The notes under the pieces were generated by a model. That model did no database searches. It was not told the DNA's origin and was given only the letters and a program-made list of their open reading frames with translations. This document shows positions 54,321-64,000 of a stretch of 64,000 nt of DNA, in pieces (positions within the stretch are counted from its first letter, which is position 1; each line of letters starts with the position of its first letter). The stretch is from NCBI GenBank assembly GCA_000146045.2, contig BK006941.2, positions 960,001 to 1,024,000 of the forward strand, given 5' to 3'. A program made the position numbers and the translations under genes. The DNA comes from TPA_inf: Saccharomyces (lineage: Eukaryota).

Positions 54321-56750
54321 CTAAAGCTCCAGATGCGAAGAAGACGTTCCCGAAGAAGACGTTCCCAAAGAAGAGTCACTATACTCATCATCGTCACTGC
54401 TCTCTTCCGATTCGTCTTCATCCTCGTCACTGCTTTCTTCCACCACCTTTATAATTTTCCTTGGTTTACTCTTCCTTTCTGGAATGTCGGAAAAAAACTC
54501 GTCCAGGCTTTGCAAACGATATTTCTTCCCGTTTTGAGATGTGAAGGTGTTTACGTTACCTTTACCTGAGATGCTATTGCTATCGCCGTCATTGATCCCA
54601 GTCAATTTTGCGTTGGAGCTAGATGTGAAAGATCTTGCTGAGTTGTTGGTAATAAAAGACTGCGATGAAAAACTTTTTTTGTATTTGTTATAGTCTTTCA
54701 ATTCTGCGCCTTCTCTAATATCGTTACCTGTCTCGCCAACCTCAGTAATTTCAGTATTCCAAGGAAGCATTCTAAAAAATTCTTTTATTTCTGGGGTATG
54801 TGTTTCCAATCTTGCAGAAACGATAAAATCGTCACTTCTTGCCGTAGGTTTAGGTGCTTGTAATAGTAGTGACACAATTTCATATTTCCCTGAATCAAAC
54901 AAGGATGAAATCATCCTGGCTCTATCCCTAATATCAAATTCGTCATCATATTTTGCCAAGTAAAGGACCGCATTGTACATTTGAGAGATTCTTGAACCAC
55001 TAAAATCATAGTATGGGGGATTTTGGTTATTTTCTTCGCTTCCAGTAACTTGCGCTTGCTTAAAATTATCAATGTCATATGACAACAGTTTTGCTGATAA
55101 CACTAAGATCTGACATCTTGTCTCAGGACCCTCATTTGAAAAATTCTGGATTAGCCTCCTCAAAACGTCCGGACATATCTTAAATTCAATCGAGGCAATT
55201 TCACCAAATAACCAAACAATACCTGCACGAGCATTATCAGCCAAACTCGTTTGAACTGTTAATAAATCTGCAAGCTTGAAGATTATGCGAAGATGTTTTG
55301 TAGGATTTTTTTGCACCAGCATCCTGATAACATTCACGTATGCATCTAGGACAGAAGCAGAGAGGTTGTGGGATTCCATATGATCAATTAACCACTTCAT
55401 TACATGTGATTCCCAACTCGTTGACAATTGGCCACATCGAGATAATGACTTAACCGCCATAATAACAACATTTTCTGGGAAATGAGCACTGGCAACATAA
55501 TATTTCAATTCTTTGAATATTTCTTTAACGTTTGATTCATTTATTAACGTGGACAAAATTTGGATCTTCCAAATTGATGCCACAATAGGATCTTTGGGGA
55601 AAACGTAAAATTTCTTGGTGTAGGGTAAAAATAGTGTCTGGTCTAAGATCGATAAGAAGTGAATTGCTTGTAAAAGCATTTCTTTGTTACCTTGGTTTTC
55701 TGTCATGGTTACCGTTCTAACCAATGCTTCAATAAATTTAGTATTTTTCATCTGCAATGGTGAAGCTAACTGATATAGCGCATTGCAACACGATAAAATC
55801 ACTGTAGGGTTGGAACTATAAATTAAGCAATTCAAACTCTGTAGAAATAAATCTAAATCAGGGTCATTTACCACCTCGTAAGATGGGTATTCAATCTCGT
55901 TGTATTTATCTGGTAAAGGACAACTCCTTGGGGAACCTTCTGATGATTTATCGACCACAGTTGGTTTTGGTAAATACTGCTTACAGTACTTGATTAGCAG
56001 CTCAATTAAATATGATTGTGACCACGAATCTAGTTGCTTAATTATTCTACAATATCTGCGAAAATGTCCATGCAATAGCTCCAAGTGATCCGCATAACAT
56101 TCTTTGTAAGCTAGGACAGCACAGGATATCACCTTAGGATCTGTATCTGCCATTAATTCTTTCAGAATATCCAACAATTCTTCATGATAGTCATTCTTTC
56201 CAGCCCTATATAATTTGATAATGGCCAAGGCGACTTCACCACGAACCATTGCAGATGGATCTGTAACCAATTTCTTGACAGTATGCAAAATTATAGGTGC
56301 TAATGATGACATTTTCATGTCAGAAAGGGCACTCAAAGCAAAGCATCTCAGTTCGGAATTCGAATCAGACAATGATTTTTGAAGAGAATTAATAGATAAC
56401 AGGGTCAGGTTTGGGTCATTTTCTGCAAATCTAAGTAAATACAGGTGAATAAGTCTTTTCACTTTGGTGTCATTAGTGGTGATATTCTTTACAACATCAG
56501 CAAAGTATAATTGAACGTCAATAGAGTCATCATCGGAAGCCATTATAGATATTATTCTCTTCATTGCATCTCTAACTTCTCTAGAGTTCCTAGAATTTAA
56601 CAAGGTGACTAACTGTTGAGGATTGATGTTTTGAGAATAATAAGTATAGGAGGATTCACCCAGCTTAGAGGTGGCTACCGCGGCAGCTTCCCTCGTTATT
56701 ACTTTGGCCGTATCCAACGCCGATGCAATACGGTGAATTGAATCTACCAT
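54321..56750 (-). CDS. APL6: AP-3 adaptor complex beta subunit Apl6, 809 aa
   Basis: Adaptin N-terminal HEAT/ARM-repeat region followed by an acidic Ser/Asp/Glu-rich C-terminus. 809 aa. Confidence 0.92.
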   Translation of the reverse strand: MVDSIHRIASALDTAKVITREAAAVATSKLGESSYTYYSQNINPQQLVTLLNSRNSREVRDAMKRIISIMASDDDSIDVQLYFADVVKNITTNDTKVKRLIHLYLLRFAENDPNLTLLSINSLQKSLSDSNSELRCFALSALSDMKMSSLAPIILHTVKKLVTDPSAMVRGEVALAIIKLYRAGKNDYHEELLDILKELMADTDPKVISCAVLAYKECYADHLELLHGHFRRYCRIIKQLDSWSQSYLIELLIKYCKQYLPKPTVVDKSSEGSPRSCPLPDKYNEIEYPSYEVVNDPDLDLFLQSLNCLIYSSNPTVILSCCNALYQLASPLQMKNTKFIEALVRTVTMTENQGNKEMLLQAIHFLSILDQTLFLPYTKKFYVFPKDPIVASIWKIQILSTLINESNVKEIFKELKYYVASAHFPENVVIMAVKSLSRCGQLSTSWESHVMKWLIDHMESHNLSASVLDAYVNVIRMLVQKNPTKHLRIIFKLADLLTVQTSLADNARAGIVWLFGEIASIEFKICPDVLRRLIQNFSNEGPETRCQILVLSAKLLSYDIDNFKQAQVTGSEENNQNPPYYDFSGSRISQMYNAVLYLAKYDDEFDIRDRARMISSLFDSGKYEIVSLLLQAPKPTARSDDFIVSARLETHTPEIKEFFRMLPWNTEITEVGETGNDIREGAELKDYNKYKKSFSSQSFITNNSARSFTSSSNAKLTGINDGDSNSISGKGNVNTFTSQNGKKYRLQSLDEFFSDIPERKSKPRKIIKVVEESSDEDEDESEESSDDDEYSDSSLGTSSSGTSSSHLEL

Positions 56751-56973
56751 TGCTGGTTGTCCACTTTTCGATTGTTTGCTGTCTTTGGTTTACCTTTCTT
56801 TTCTTTATATATTTATATATATGGTTCTTCAAAAATGATTTGTCTGAATTTGTCAAAATCTCAATAACTCGGACACGCTTTGATGGTAACATACCTAAAA
56901 GTTATGTACGTTAATATAAATTATAGATACATATTATGTGCAGCGATATACAGGCAGTACGCTAGCATTTATA

Positions 56974-57795
<822 letters not shown>

Positions 57796-57966
57796 TCATC
57801 ACTTATTTGATTTCAAGTAAGGTTATCTTTGTCCTTCAAGTTGGTGATGCGCCGGCGATTTTTTCAACCTTGTTGCTGCTAAAATAATGGAAAATCAAAA
57901 TAAATTTGTGCTGACCCAAATATTTATGTATATAAAAGGGGTTATGTAATTGTCATTATGACAAAT

Positions 57967-59241
57967 TCAGGATTGCATAAACTCAAGAATGCGAGCGATA
58001 GATGGTATGTTGGTCCAGCGATCCATATTACGAGAGTAGTTTAATATTGGGCCCGTATGATAACCTTGGTGTTCAACCAGCACATTTTTGGCGGTAAAGT
58101 GGTTACATCCCTCGCTAGCGTCACTCATTTTCTTTGCCAAGATCTTGTTTTGAAAGCTCAACAACTCATCACTACCATAAGTAATCATCACAGAGCACTT
58201 TTTCAGAATATCTTGCCACATTTTAGTTTCGAAATTCTTTTCAATATTAACAAAAGGGTCGCTGGTAAAATCGACGTTTGGGTTGTTTCCTACAAACATT
58301 CGCCCAAACATCGAATGACTCTTCAAACATAGACCATCCCATTCTTGTGTTCCTTGCATATATTCCTTTTCTCCCTCGTGGAAGAAAGTGGCATTGGCCC
58401 AGGGACTTATGGCTATGACTTTTTTCGGGTATATTTCTCTGTGACACTTTCTTAAATATAAAACAATGTTCAAAACAGCATTGCCACCAGCAGAATCCCC
58501 CATAATCACTACATTTTTGCACCCCATAGTCTTAACAACGTAATCAAAAATGGCCACATTTTGTAAAATTTGCAGAGGGTACTTTTTCGACTGGTCATCG
58601 GTAGCTGTAACGGTATAATCTGGTACAAGAATGGCCATTTTAGGAAAGGCATTTCGCATATTATTCAAGAAAGAAAACGACGTAGGCGTCAATTTAAGAG
58701 CATAACCACCCCCATGATAGAATACTAAAACTGGATCTGTCGTGGGGTCAAATCCTTCCGGCATAACATATTGATAAAACTTTGTGCTAACTATTTTGGG
58801 TGCGTTTAATTGATGGTCTTGGAAAATATTGTTTTCTGGAGATTTCTGATCTTCTATAGGAATGTTGCATTTGACATATGTTGGACTAGAAAATGTAGAA
58901 GGATATAAACAAACAAATAAAGGATTGAGCACGTATTGACAGATGCGTTCATCGAGGATCCAAGAACTTTGTCTTAAAAAACTTCTGTTGACATGGTCAA
59001 GGCAAAACCTACGTTTGCGTTGAAAAATGATCTTCATACTGTCGAGGATTATAAATACAGGCACCACTGTGAACAATAGAGCGGCAAATTTCAATCCATG
59101 GAACAAATGCAAATGGATGGTACTCAATCGAAAGCCCGCATCATTTTGATCTGCATCCTCACTTGATACAGCGCTAATAATTTCATTCTCTTGAAGCCGA
59201 TAATATTCAACTTTTGAGTCGAGACCAGAGTTGGCTGCCAT
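57967..59241 (-). CDS. SAY1: Sterol deacetylase Say1 (alpha/beta-hydrolase, HSL/arylacetamide-deacetylase family), 424 aa
   Basis: Oxyanion-hole motif HGGGY and nucleophile elbow GDSAGG. N-terminal TM segment. 424 aa. Confidence 0.9.
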   Translation of the reverse strand: MAANSGLDSKVEYYRLQENEIISAVSSEDADQNDAGFRLSTIHLHLFHGLKFAALLFTVVPVFIILDSMKIIFQRKRRFCLDHVNRSFLRQSSWILDERICQYVLNPLFVCLYPSTFSSPTYVKCNIPIEDQKSPENNIFQDHQLNAPKIVSTKFYQYVMPEGFDPTTDPVLVFYHGGGYALKLTPTSFSFLNNMRNAFPKMAILVPDYTVTATDDQSKKYPLQILQNVAIFDYVVKTMGCKNVVIMGDSAGGNAVLNIVLYLRKCHREIYPKKVIAISPWANATFFHEGEKEYMQGTQEWDGLCLKSHSMFGRMFVGNNPNVDFTSDPFVNIEKNFETKMWQDILKKCSVMITYGSDELLSFQNKILAKKMSDASEGCNHFTAKNVLVEHQGYHTGPILNYSRNMDRWTNIPSIARILEFMQS

Positions 59242-59597
59242 TCTTCTTTGAAACCTTTTCCTTTAAAATTGATTTGTGCTGTTCTCATTTCAAGCGACGC
59301 AGGGTATTTTTGGTTTTCAGTTTCTTTTTCCCTCAATTCTATATAATTATGGCGCTAACACGTTAAACATTTGTTATTATAAAGCAGAAGTTATTTATCA
59401 GAAATCAAATCATGAATATTCTCAGCTTAACACTACACAATTACTCAACTAAAAGAAAGGGTATAAACGTGTTAGCGGGAGAATTGTTTTTTAAACTTGT
59501 TTTTATATCAGAGTAAAATCTATATATTAATTGATACACTTTTATCATGTGAAGATTGAAAGGGAAAAGAGAGGAAAAAAAATGCTTCCGATGAACC

Positions 59598-61853
59598 TTA
59601 CACTTGTTGACCACCATATTTGGCTCTCCATTCATCGATTTTCTTTTCATCAATACGTTGGAACAAGTATTCTGCCTTGTTTATATTATGTCCTTCTAGG
59701 ATTGCCAAATGGAATCTATCATCAATTTTTAAAGCTGGTGCATTTAACATCTTGTTTATTTTCTCACCTATTTCTGGCATATATGGTGTGATAATAGAGC
59801 TAACAGCGTAAATAATATTCAAACCAACTGCGACAACAGCATCTGACTTTTCTGGGGACTGTGAAAACAAGGTATTGTCCAACTTATTTTCTTGCAAAAA
59901 CTGGTTACCACGAGCACTTAACGACATGGCAATTTCTAGACCACGTCTTTCATGTCCAAGTTCCATTTCCTTGACGTAATTTGATAAAATTTCGTTGATA
60001 TCTTTAACTAAACCATCATAATTGGAAACCTTCTTGGGGTCGAATTTTGGAACAACACCATTATATTTGGCATTAACAAACTTAATTAATCTGTTAACAA
60101 AGTTACCCAAGTTAGCCAACAATTCACTGTTGTTTCTAGCAACAAAGTCATCCCATGAGAAATGAGAATCACTAGATTCTGGTCTAACAGATGCCAGGTA
60201 GTATCTCCAAACACTTGGAGAAATTCCAGAGTCTTGAGCGTTATTACCAAAAACACCAACACCCCTACTTTTAGAAAATTTACCGTTCTCATATTGTAAG
60301 TATTCTGTAGTATTCAAATGGTGCAACATAGTCCAGTTCTCTTCCGTACCCAATTGAGAACCAGGGAAAACAACTGTATGGAAAGGAACATTGTCCTTAC
60401 CCATGAATTGATACAATGAAACATGCTCTGGATTATTCCACCATTGTTTCCATTCTTTGGTGTAGTTGGAAGTGATGGAAACGTAGCCGATTGTAGCGTC
60501 AAACCAAACGTACAAGACTTTGTCTTTATATTTTTCTAAAGGCACTGGCGTACCCCAAACTAAATCTCTTGTAATACAACGTGGCTTCAAACCATCCTTC
60601 AACCATGATTGCGTAATTGTTTTTGAATTTTTTGACCAGTTACCTTCTTCAGAGGCCTTTTCAACCCATTCAGAAATTTGGCTTTCTAATTTATCCAGCG
60701 ATAGGAAAATATGATCAGAATATTTTGGTTCTGGAGAAGCATCATCTAATTTACAACGTGGATTGATCAATTCAAATGGATCTAACAGGGCACCACATTT
60801 GTCACATTGATCCCCACGAGCATCATCGTAGTGACATTTTGGACATTCACCTTCCACGTAACGATCAGCCAGATAAGAATTATGAACTGGACAGTACAAT
60901 TGCTTCATAGATTGTTCTTCTAGATAACCATTCGAATTTAGCTTTGTAAAAATATGTTGAGCAATCTCCGTTTGCTTGTCCGTCGTAGTTCTACCGAAAT
61001 AATCAAATCCAATTTGGAACCACTTGTAAACGTCACTGTGGATTTTGTGATATTTGTCACATAATTGTCTTGGTGTCACACCTTCCTCCAAAGCTTTAGT
61101 TTCCGTGGCAGTACCATATTCATCAGTACCACAAATAAACAAGGCATTATAATTACGTCCCTTACAGTAACGAGCAAAAATGTCTGCTGAAAGAACACTA
61201 CCGATGATATTACCCAAGTGTGGAACGTTGTTGACATAAGGTAATGCCGAAGTGATCAAGATGTTTCTTTCGTTTGGCTTAGGCAAAATTTCTGAATCCT
61301 TTGGCTTAACTGTTAAGTCAGCTTGGATTTTCACTGCGCCGATGTTTTTGAAAGAAGAAGAATCACGTGGAACATGCTTTTTAGCCAATGCTACAGCGTT
61401 ATGCACTTTGGATGGCAATTCTGGGAATTTAGAATGAACTAAAGAAGAATTTAGAGCATAAACGTTAGCAAACAGGATCAAATCTGTAGTAGTCAATGGT
61501 TCTTTTAATTCGACCAAGTAATTTTCAATGGCCTTATTTGTCAAAACCTCGACATGTTGTTGAGGTAATTCTTTATGATATAACAGGTTTTGTAAAGATG
61601 CCAATGCAAATTGATACTTGTCGGAAGTTTGACCTTCAAAATCATCCATGACATATCTTAGAATAGCGTTAGCATCAAACAAAAGGAAAGGTTCCTTTGT
61701 ATTGCGCAATTCCATGGCAGCATTATCATTGTCAACTTCAGGCTTTAAATTTTTGCTTGCATATTCAAGTGCTAGGGCAATCTTCAAATTGTTCGCTAAC
61801 TGCAAATGGGCAGGATGTTTCTTCGATTTATCAAAGGAAATGAGGAAAGACAT
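59598..61853 (-). CDS. MES1: Cytoplasmic methionyl-tRNA synthetase (class I), 751 aa from MSFLISFDKSKK…; the ORF continues 10 codons upstream to 61883
   Basis: Class I motifs: HIGH-type (PYVNNVPHLGNIIG) and KMSKS-type (KFSKS). Zinc knuckle (CPKCHYDDARGDQCDKCG). N-terminal GST-like Arc1-binding domain. 751 aa as I recall. Confidence 0.95.
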   Translation of the reverse strand: MSFLISFDKSKKHPAHLQLANNLKIALALEYASKNLKPEVDNDNAAMELRNTKEPFLLFDANAILRYVMDDFEGQTSDKYQFALASLQNLLYHKELPQQHVEVLTNKAIENYLVELKEPLTTTDLILFANVYALNSSLVHSKFPELPSKVHNAVALAKKHVPRDSSSFKNIGAVKIQADLTVKPKDSEILPKPNERNILITSALPYVNNVPHLGNIIGSVLSADIFARYCKGRNYNALFICGTDEYGTATETKALEEGVTPRQLCDKYHKIHSDVYKWFQIGFDYFGRTTTDKQTEIAQHIFTKLNSNGYLEEQSMKQLYCPVHNSYLADRYVEGECPKCHYDDARGDQCDKCGALLDPFELINPRCKLDDASPEPKYSDHIFLSLDKLESQISEWVEKASEEGNWSKNSKTITQSWLKDGLKPRCITRDLVWGTPVPLEKYKDKVLYVWFDATIGYVSITSNYTKEWKQWWNNPEHVSLYQFMGKDNVPFHTVVFPGSQLGTEENWTMLHHLNTTEYLQYENGKFSKSRGVGVFGNNAQDSGISPSVWRYYLASVRPESSDSHFSWDDFVARNNSELLANLGNFVNRLIKFVNAKYNGVVPKFDPKKVSNYDGLVKDINEILSNYVKEMELGHERRGLEIAMSLSARGNQFLQENKLDNTLFSQSPEKSDAVVAVGLNIIYAVSSIITPYMPEIGEKINKMLNAPALKIDDRFHLAILEGHNINKAEYLFQRIDEKKIDEWRAKYGGQQV

Positions 61854-62655
61854 GCTTGTTGTAAATTTCCGCTTTTTTTTCAAGTTTTATTCCTCCACAA
61901 AGATGCATATCAGGAAGCAAATCATCATTAACATTAGACATCGAAGAAAATTTGTCATCGTCTTTTTTTTTTTTTCGTTTTCTCTTTCGATAAGTTGCGT
62001 ACAGAAATTTTTTCTGCCTCCGAAATCATTCGTGCCTCGTGATATTGAGAAGAAGTGACTATACTCGGGCAATGCATAAATGATCGTTTCGGCGGCTAAC
62101 AAAGATAATCATAGCAAGTCGACAGATCGATAGGATACACCATTATCATCACGCTACGCGTTCTCGGGAAAGCTTTGACTAGAATATTTTTCAAAGTTGA
62201 ATTATATTATGTTAATCTTTTGACTTCATGCCTTTTGAATTCCCCTCCATAGGTTCCCATTTTTGACTTCAACAATTCCTACTTCAAAATCCCTGGTTAA
62301 AGAAGCCTTTCCTCAGTTTGTACAACTATGTCCGCTGTAGCTAAAAAGTTAGCATAATTCATGTTTTATGCCTGAGACGTTTTAAACTAGTACTTAATCT
62401 CTATCAATAAACTTAACCCAGAAGGTCTCAAGATTAAACATGTTATTTTTTCGTCCTTTTATTGAAAAAAGTTGAAATAGCAGCGTCGGGTAATACCAGG
62501 AATATATTTTTATCGGCACGGCTACATAGCGAAGGGTCCATTAGTAAAAATGAAAAGAAATTCCACAAAGTTAGTGAGGGGAAAGTCCTACAGAAGGTCA
62601 AAACAGTTGCTACCGGGTTCAAAGTACTCAATTGAAAATAAACACTGCTACAAAA

Positions 62656-64000
62656 ATGCATGCTACAAACTGGTTCGACGATTGGAACCCAGAAGCTCTT
62701 TATAGAGACGATGTCACTGGCTGCGATGACTGTTCCGAAACTTCGCCAATTCCAAAGTCTGGTATTATATGTGGACCGATATTAAGACTCATCAACATGG
62801 ATTTTAAGGAAAAAACCTACGAGGGGTCTATTATGGTGGTAGTTAGAGGCGAGGAAAACTTTCCGAAAATTACCTATCAGCTAGGGCCCTCTTTGCCCTC
62901 TGAGGATGAAGACATCGAAGTTAACGAGGCATTCTTCGAAGGTAAACTTTTTCATAAGGACATTTTAAAAGATGATAATATATGGTTTTACAGGTATGAG
63001 ATTAAGTTGCCCATGTCCAACTATGAGCAGATGGTAAAATATGCTGTTGACGGTACTATGGAACCACATTATAGGTTCTTCGTTCCCTCTTTCACTCAAA
63101 ATTCGAACGTTATCTCCTATTCATGCAACGGATTTTCACTGAGCGTAGATACATCGAAATTCAAAGGTTCTCTATGGTATGATGTCCTTAAAAAGCATCG
63201 ATACGTTCATTATCATGCCATTCTCGGCGGCGGAGATCAAATTTACTCCGATAATATTAAACTGCATGCGCCAAATCTTAAAGCTTGGCTGGAGACAAAG
63301 GACCCAATTAAGAAGTATAATACTCAGACCACTGAAGAAACAAAAGAGCAGATTAGGCAGTTTTATTTAGAACACTATTTAAACTGGTACGGTTACGGTC
63401 ACTGGTATGGTTCTACCCCAAAATCCAAGACCACCCAAAAATGCTTTGTCAAGTCACTAGCTTGTATTCCTGCCATTAATGTCTGGGATGACCACGATAT
63501 TATTGATGGCTATGGATCGTACAACGATTCCTTCATGAAGACTGAAAATTTCCTCACAGTGGGAAGAATGGCTTACCGATACTATATGCTTTTCCAGCAG
63601 CATGTCAGTGCTTCTAAACAAGATGGCGATGAGTATGCTTATCTCAAGAGCAAACAATGGATTCTAGGTAATGAAAAAGGGAGTTCTTATATCGGTGAAA
63701 GGTCTCACTCAATATTCTCTTGGTTGGGTCCGAAAATGGCCATGTTAGGGTTGGACTGTAGAACTGAGAGGAAATTACACGAGATTTTCTCAGAAAGAAG
63801 TTATTCCTTAATTTGGGAACGTGTCGAAAGGGAAATAAAAAATTTAAAAGGTGGCCACTTATTGCTGATGCTCGGTATCCCGATTGCATATCCAAGGTTA
63901 GTATGGTTAGAATGGCTTTTTACCTCAAAACTACTGGCTCCAATTAAATATTTATCTAAAAAAGGGATATTTGCTAGTGGCTTCGTTAACGAATTTAATG
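62656..64000 (+). CDS. Uncharacterised protein (YGR266W-like), 3'-truncated by the window edge (448 codons present, no stop before nt 64000)
   Basis: First ATG after an in-frame stop at 62575-62577. Open reading frame uninterrupted to the window end (MHATNWFDDWNPEAL… …GIFASGFVNEFN). Absent from the supplied ORF track only because no stop codon falls inside the window. Position after MES1 matches YGR266W. Confidence 0.8.
   Translation, partial: MHATNWFDDWNPEALYRDDVTGCDDCSETSPIPKSGIICGPILRLINMDFKEKTYEGSIMVVVRGEENFPKITYQLGPSLPSEDEDIEVNEAFFEGKLFHKDILKDDNIWFYRYEIKLPMSNYEQMVKYAVDGTMEPHYRFFVPSFTQNSNVISYSCNGFSLSVDTSKFKGSLWYDVLKKHRYVHYHAILGGGDQIYSDNIKLHAPNLKAWLETKDPIKKYNTQTTEETKEQIRQFYLEHYLNWYGYGHWYGSTPKSKTTQKCFVKSLACIPAINVWDDHDIIDGYGSYNDSFMKTENFLTVGRMAYRYYMLFQQHVSASKQDGDEYAYLKSKQWILGNEKGSSYIGERSHSIFSWLGPKMAMLGLDCRTERKLHEIFSERSYSLIWERVEREIKNLKGGHLLLMLGIPIAYPRLVWLEWLFTSKLLAPIKYLSKKGIFASGFVNEFN

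Overview
This window looks like ordinary, well-characterised Saccharomyces cerevisiae nuclear DNA. Gene order and protein sequences match my memory of chromosome VII right arm, YGR234W (YHB1, 5'-truncated at the window edge) through YGR266W (3'-truncated). If YHB1 ends at chrVII:961103 as I recall, the window is about chrVII:960001-1024000; that is recollection, not a computed result. I can support 32 protein-coding genes, all single-exon and compact, with a typical yeast AT-rich intergenic background. There is one Pol III gene, tRNA-Thr(UGU), with its oligo-T terminator. I found no Ty elements or LTR remnants, no CRISPR array, no rRNA, and no intron-containing gene. Most genes are housekeeping or carbon-metabolism genes: PFK1, ENO1, GND2, SOL4, LSC2, MPC3 and COQ6. 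Others include GCN5, BRF1, RAD2, MES1, PUP2, SDA1 and APL6. I see no evidence of a novel or undescribed 'system' in the prokaryotic-island sense. The points worth a second look are modest. Candidate stress-response (STRE/PDS-like) promoter motifs sit upstream of SOL4, GND2 and MPC3. A tRNA gene lies about 340 bp upstream of GND2. Several large gene-free intervals (1.3-2.1 kb) contain GC-rich islands and perfect palindromes. Four genes (LSC2, NOP19, BUD32, MES1) have in-frame ATGs upstream of the start I recall as annotated. There are short coding microsatellites (CAG7, His7). Many genes here are the stress or respiratory-biased ohnologs of a chromosome VIII block. All identifications are from reading the translations against memory; no database search was run.
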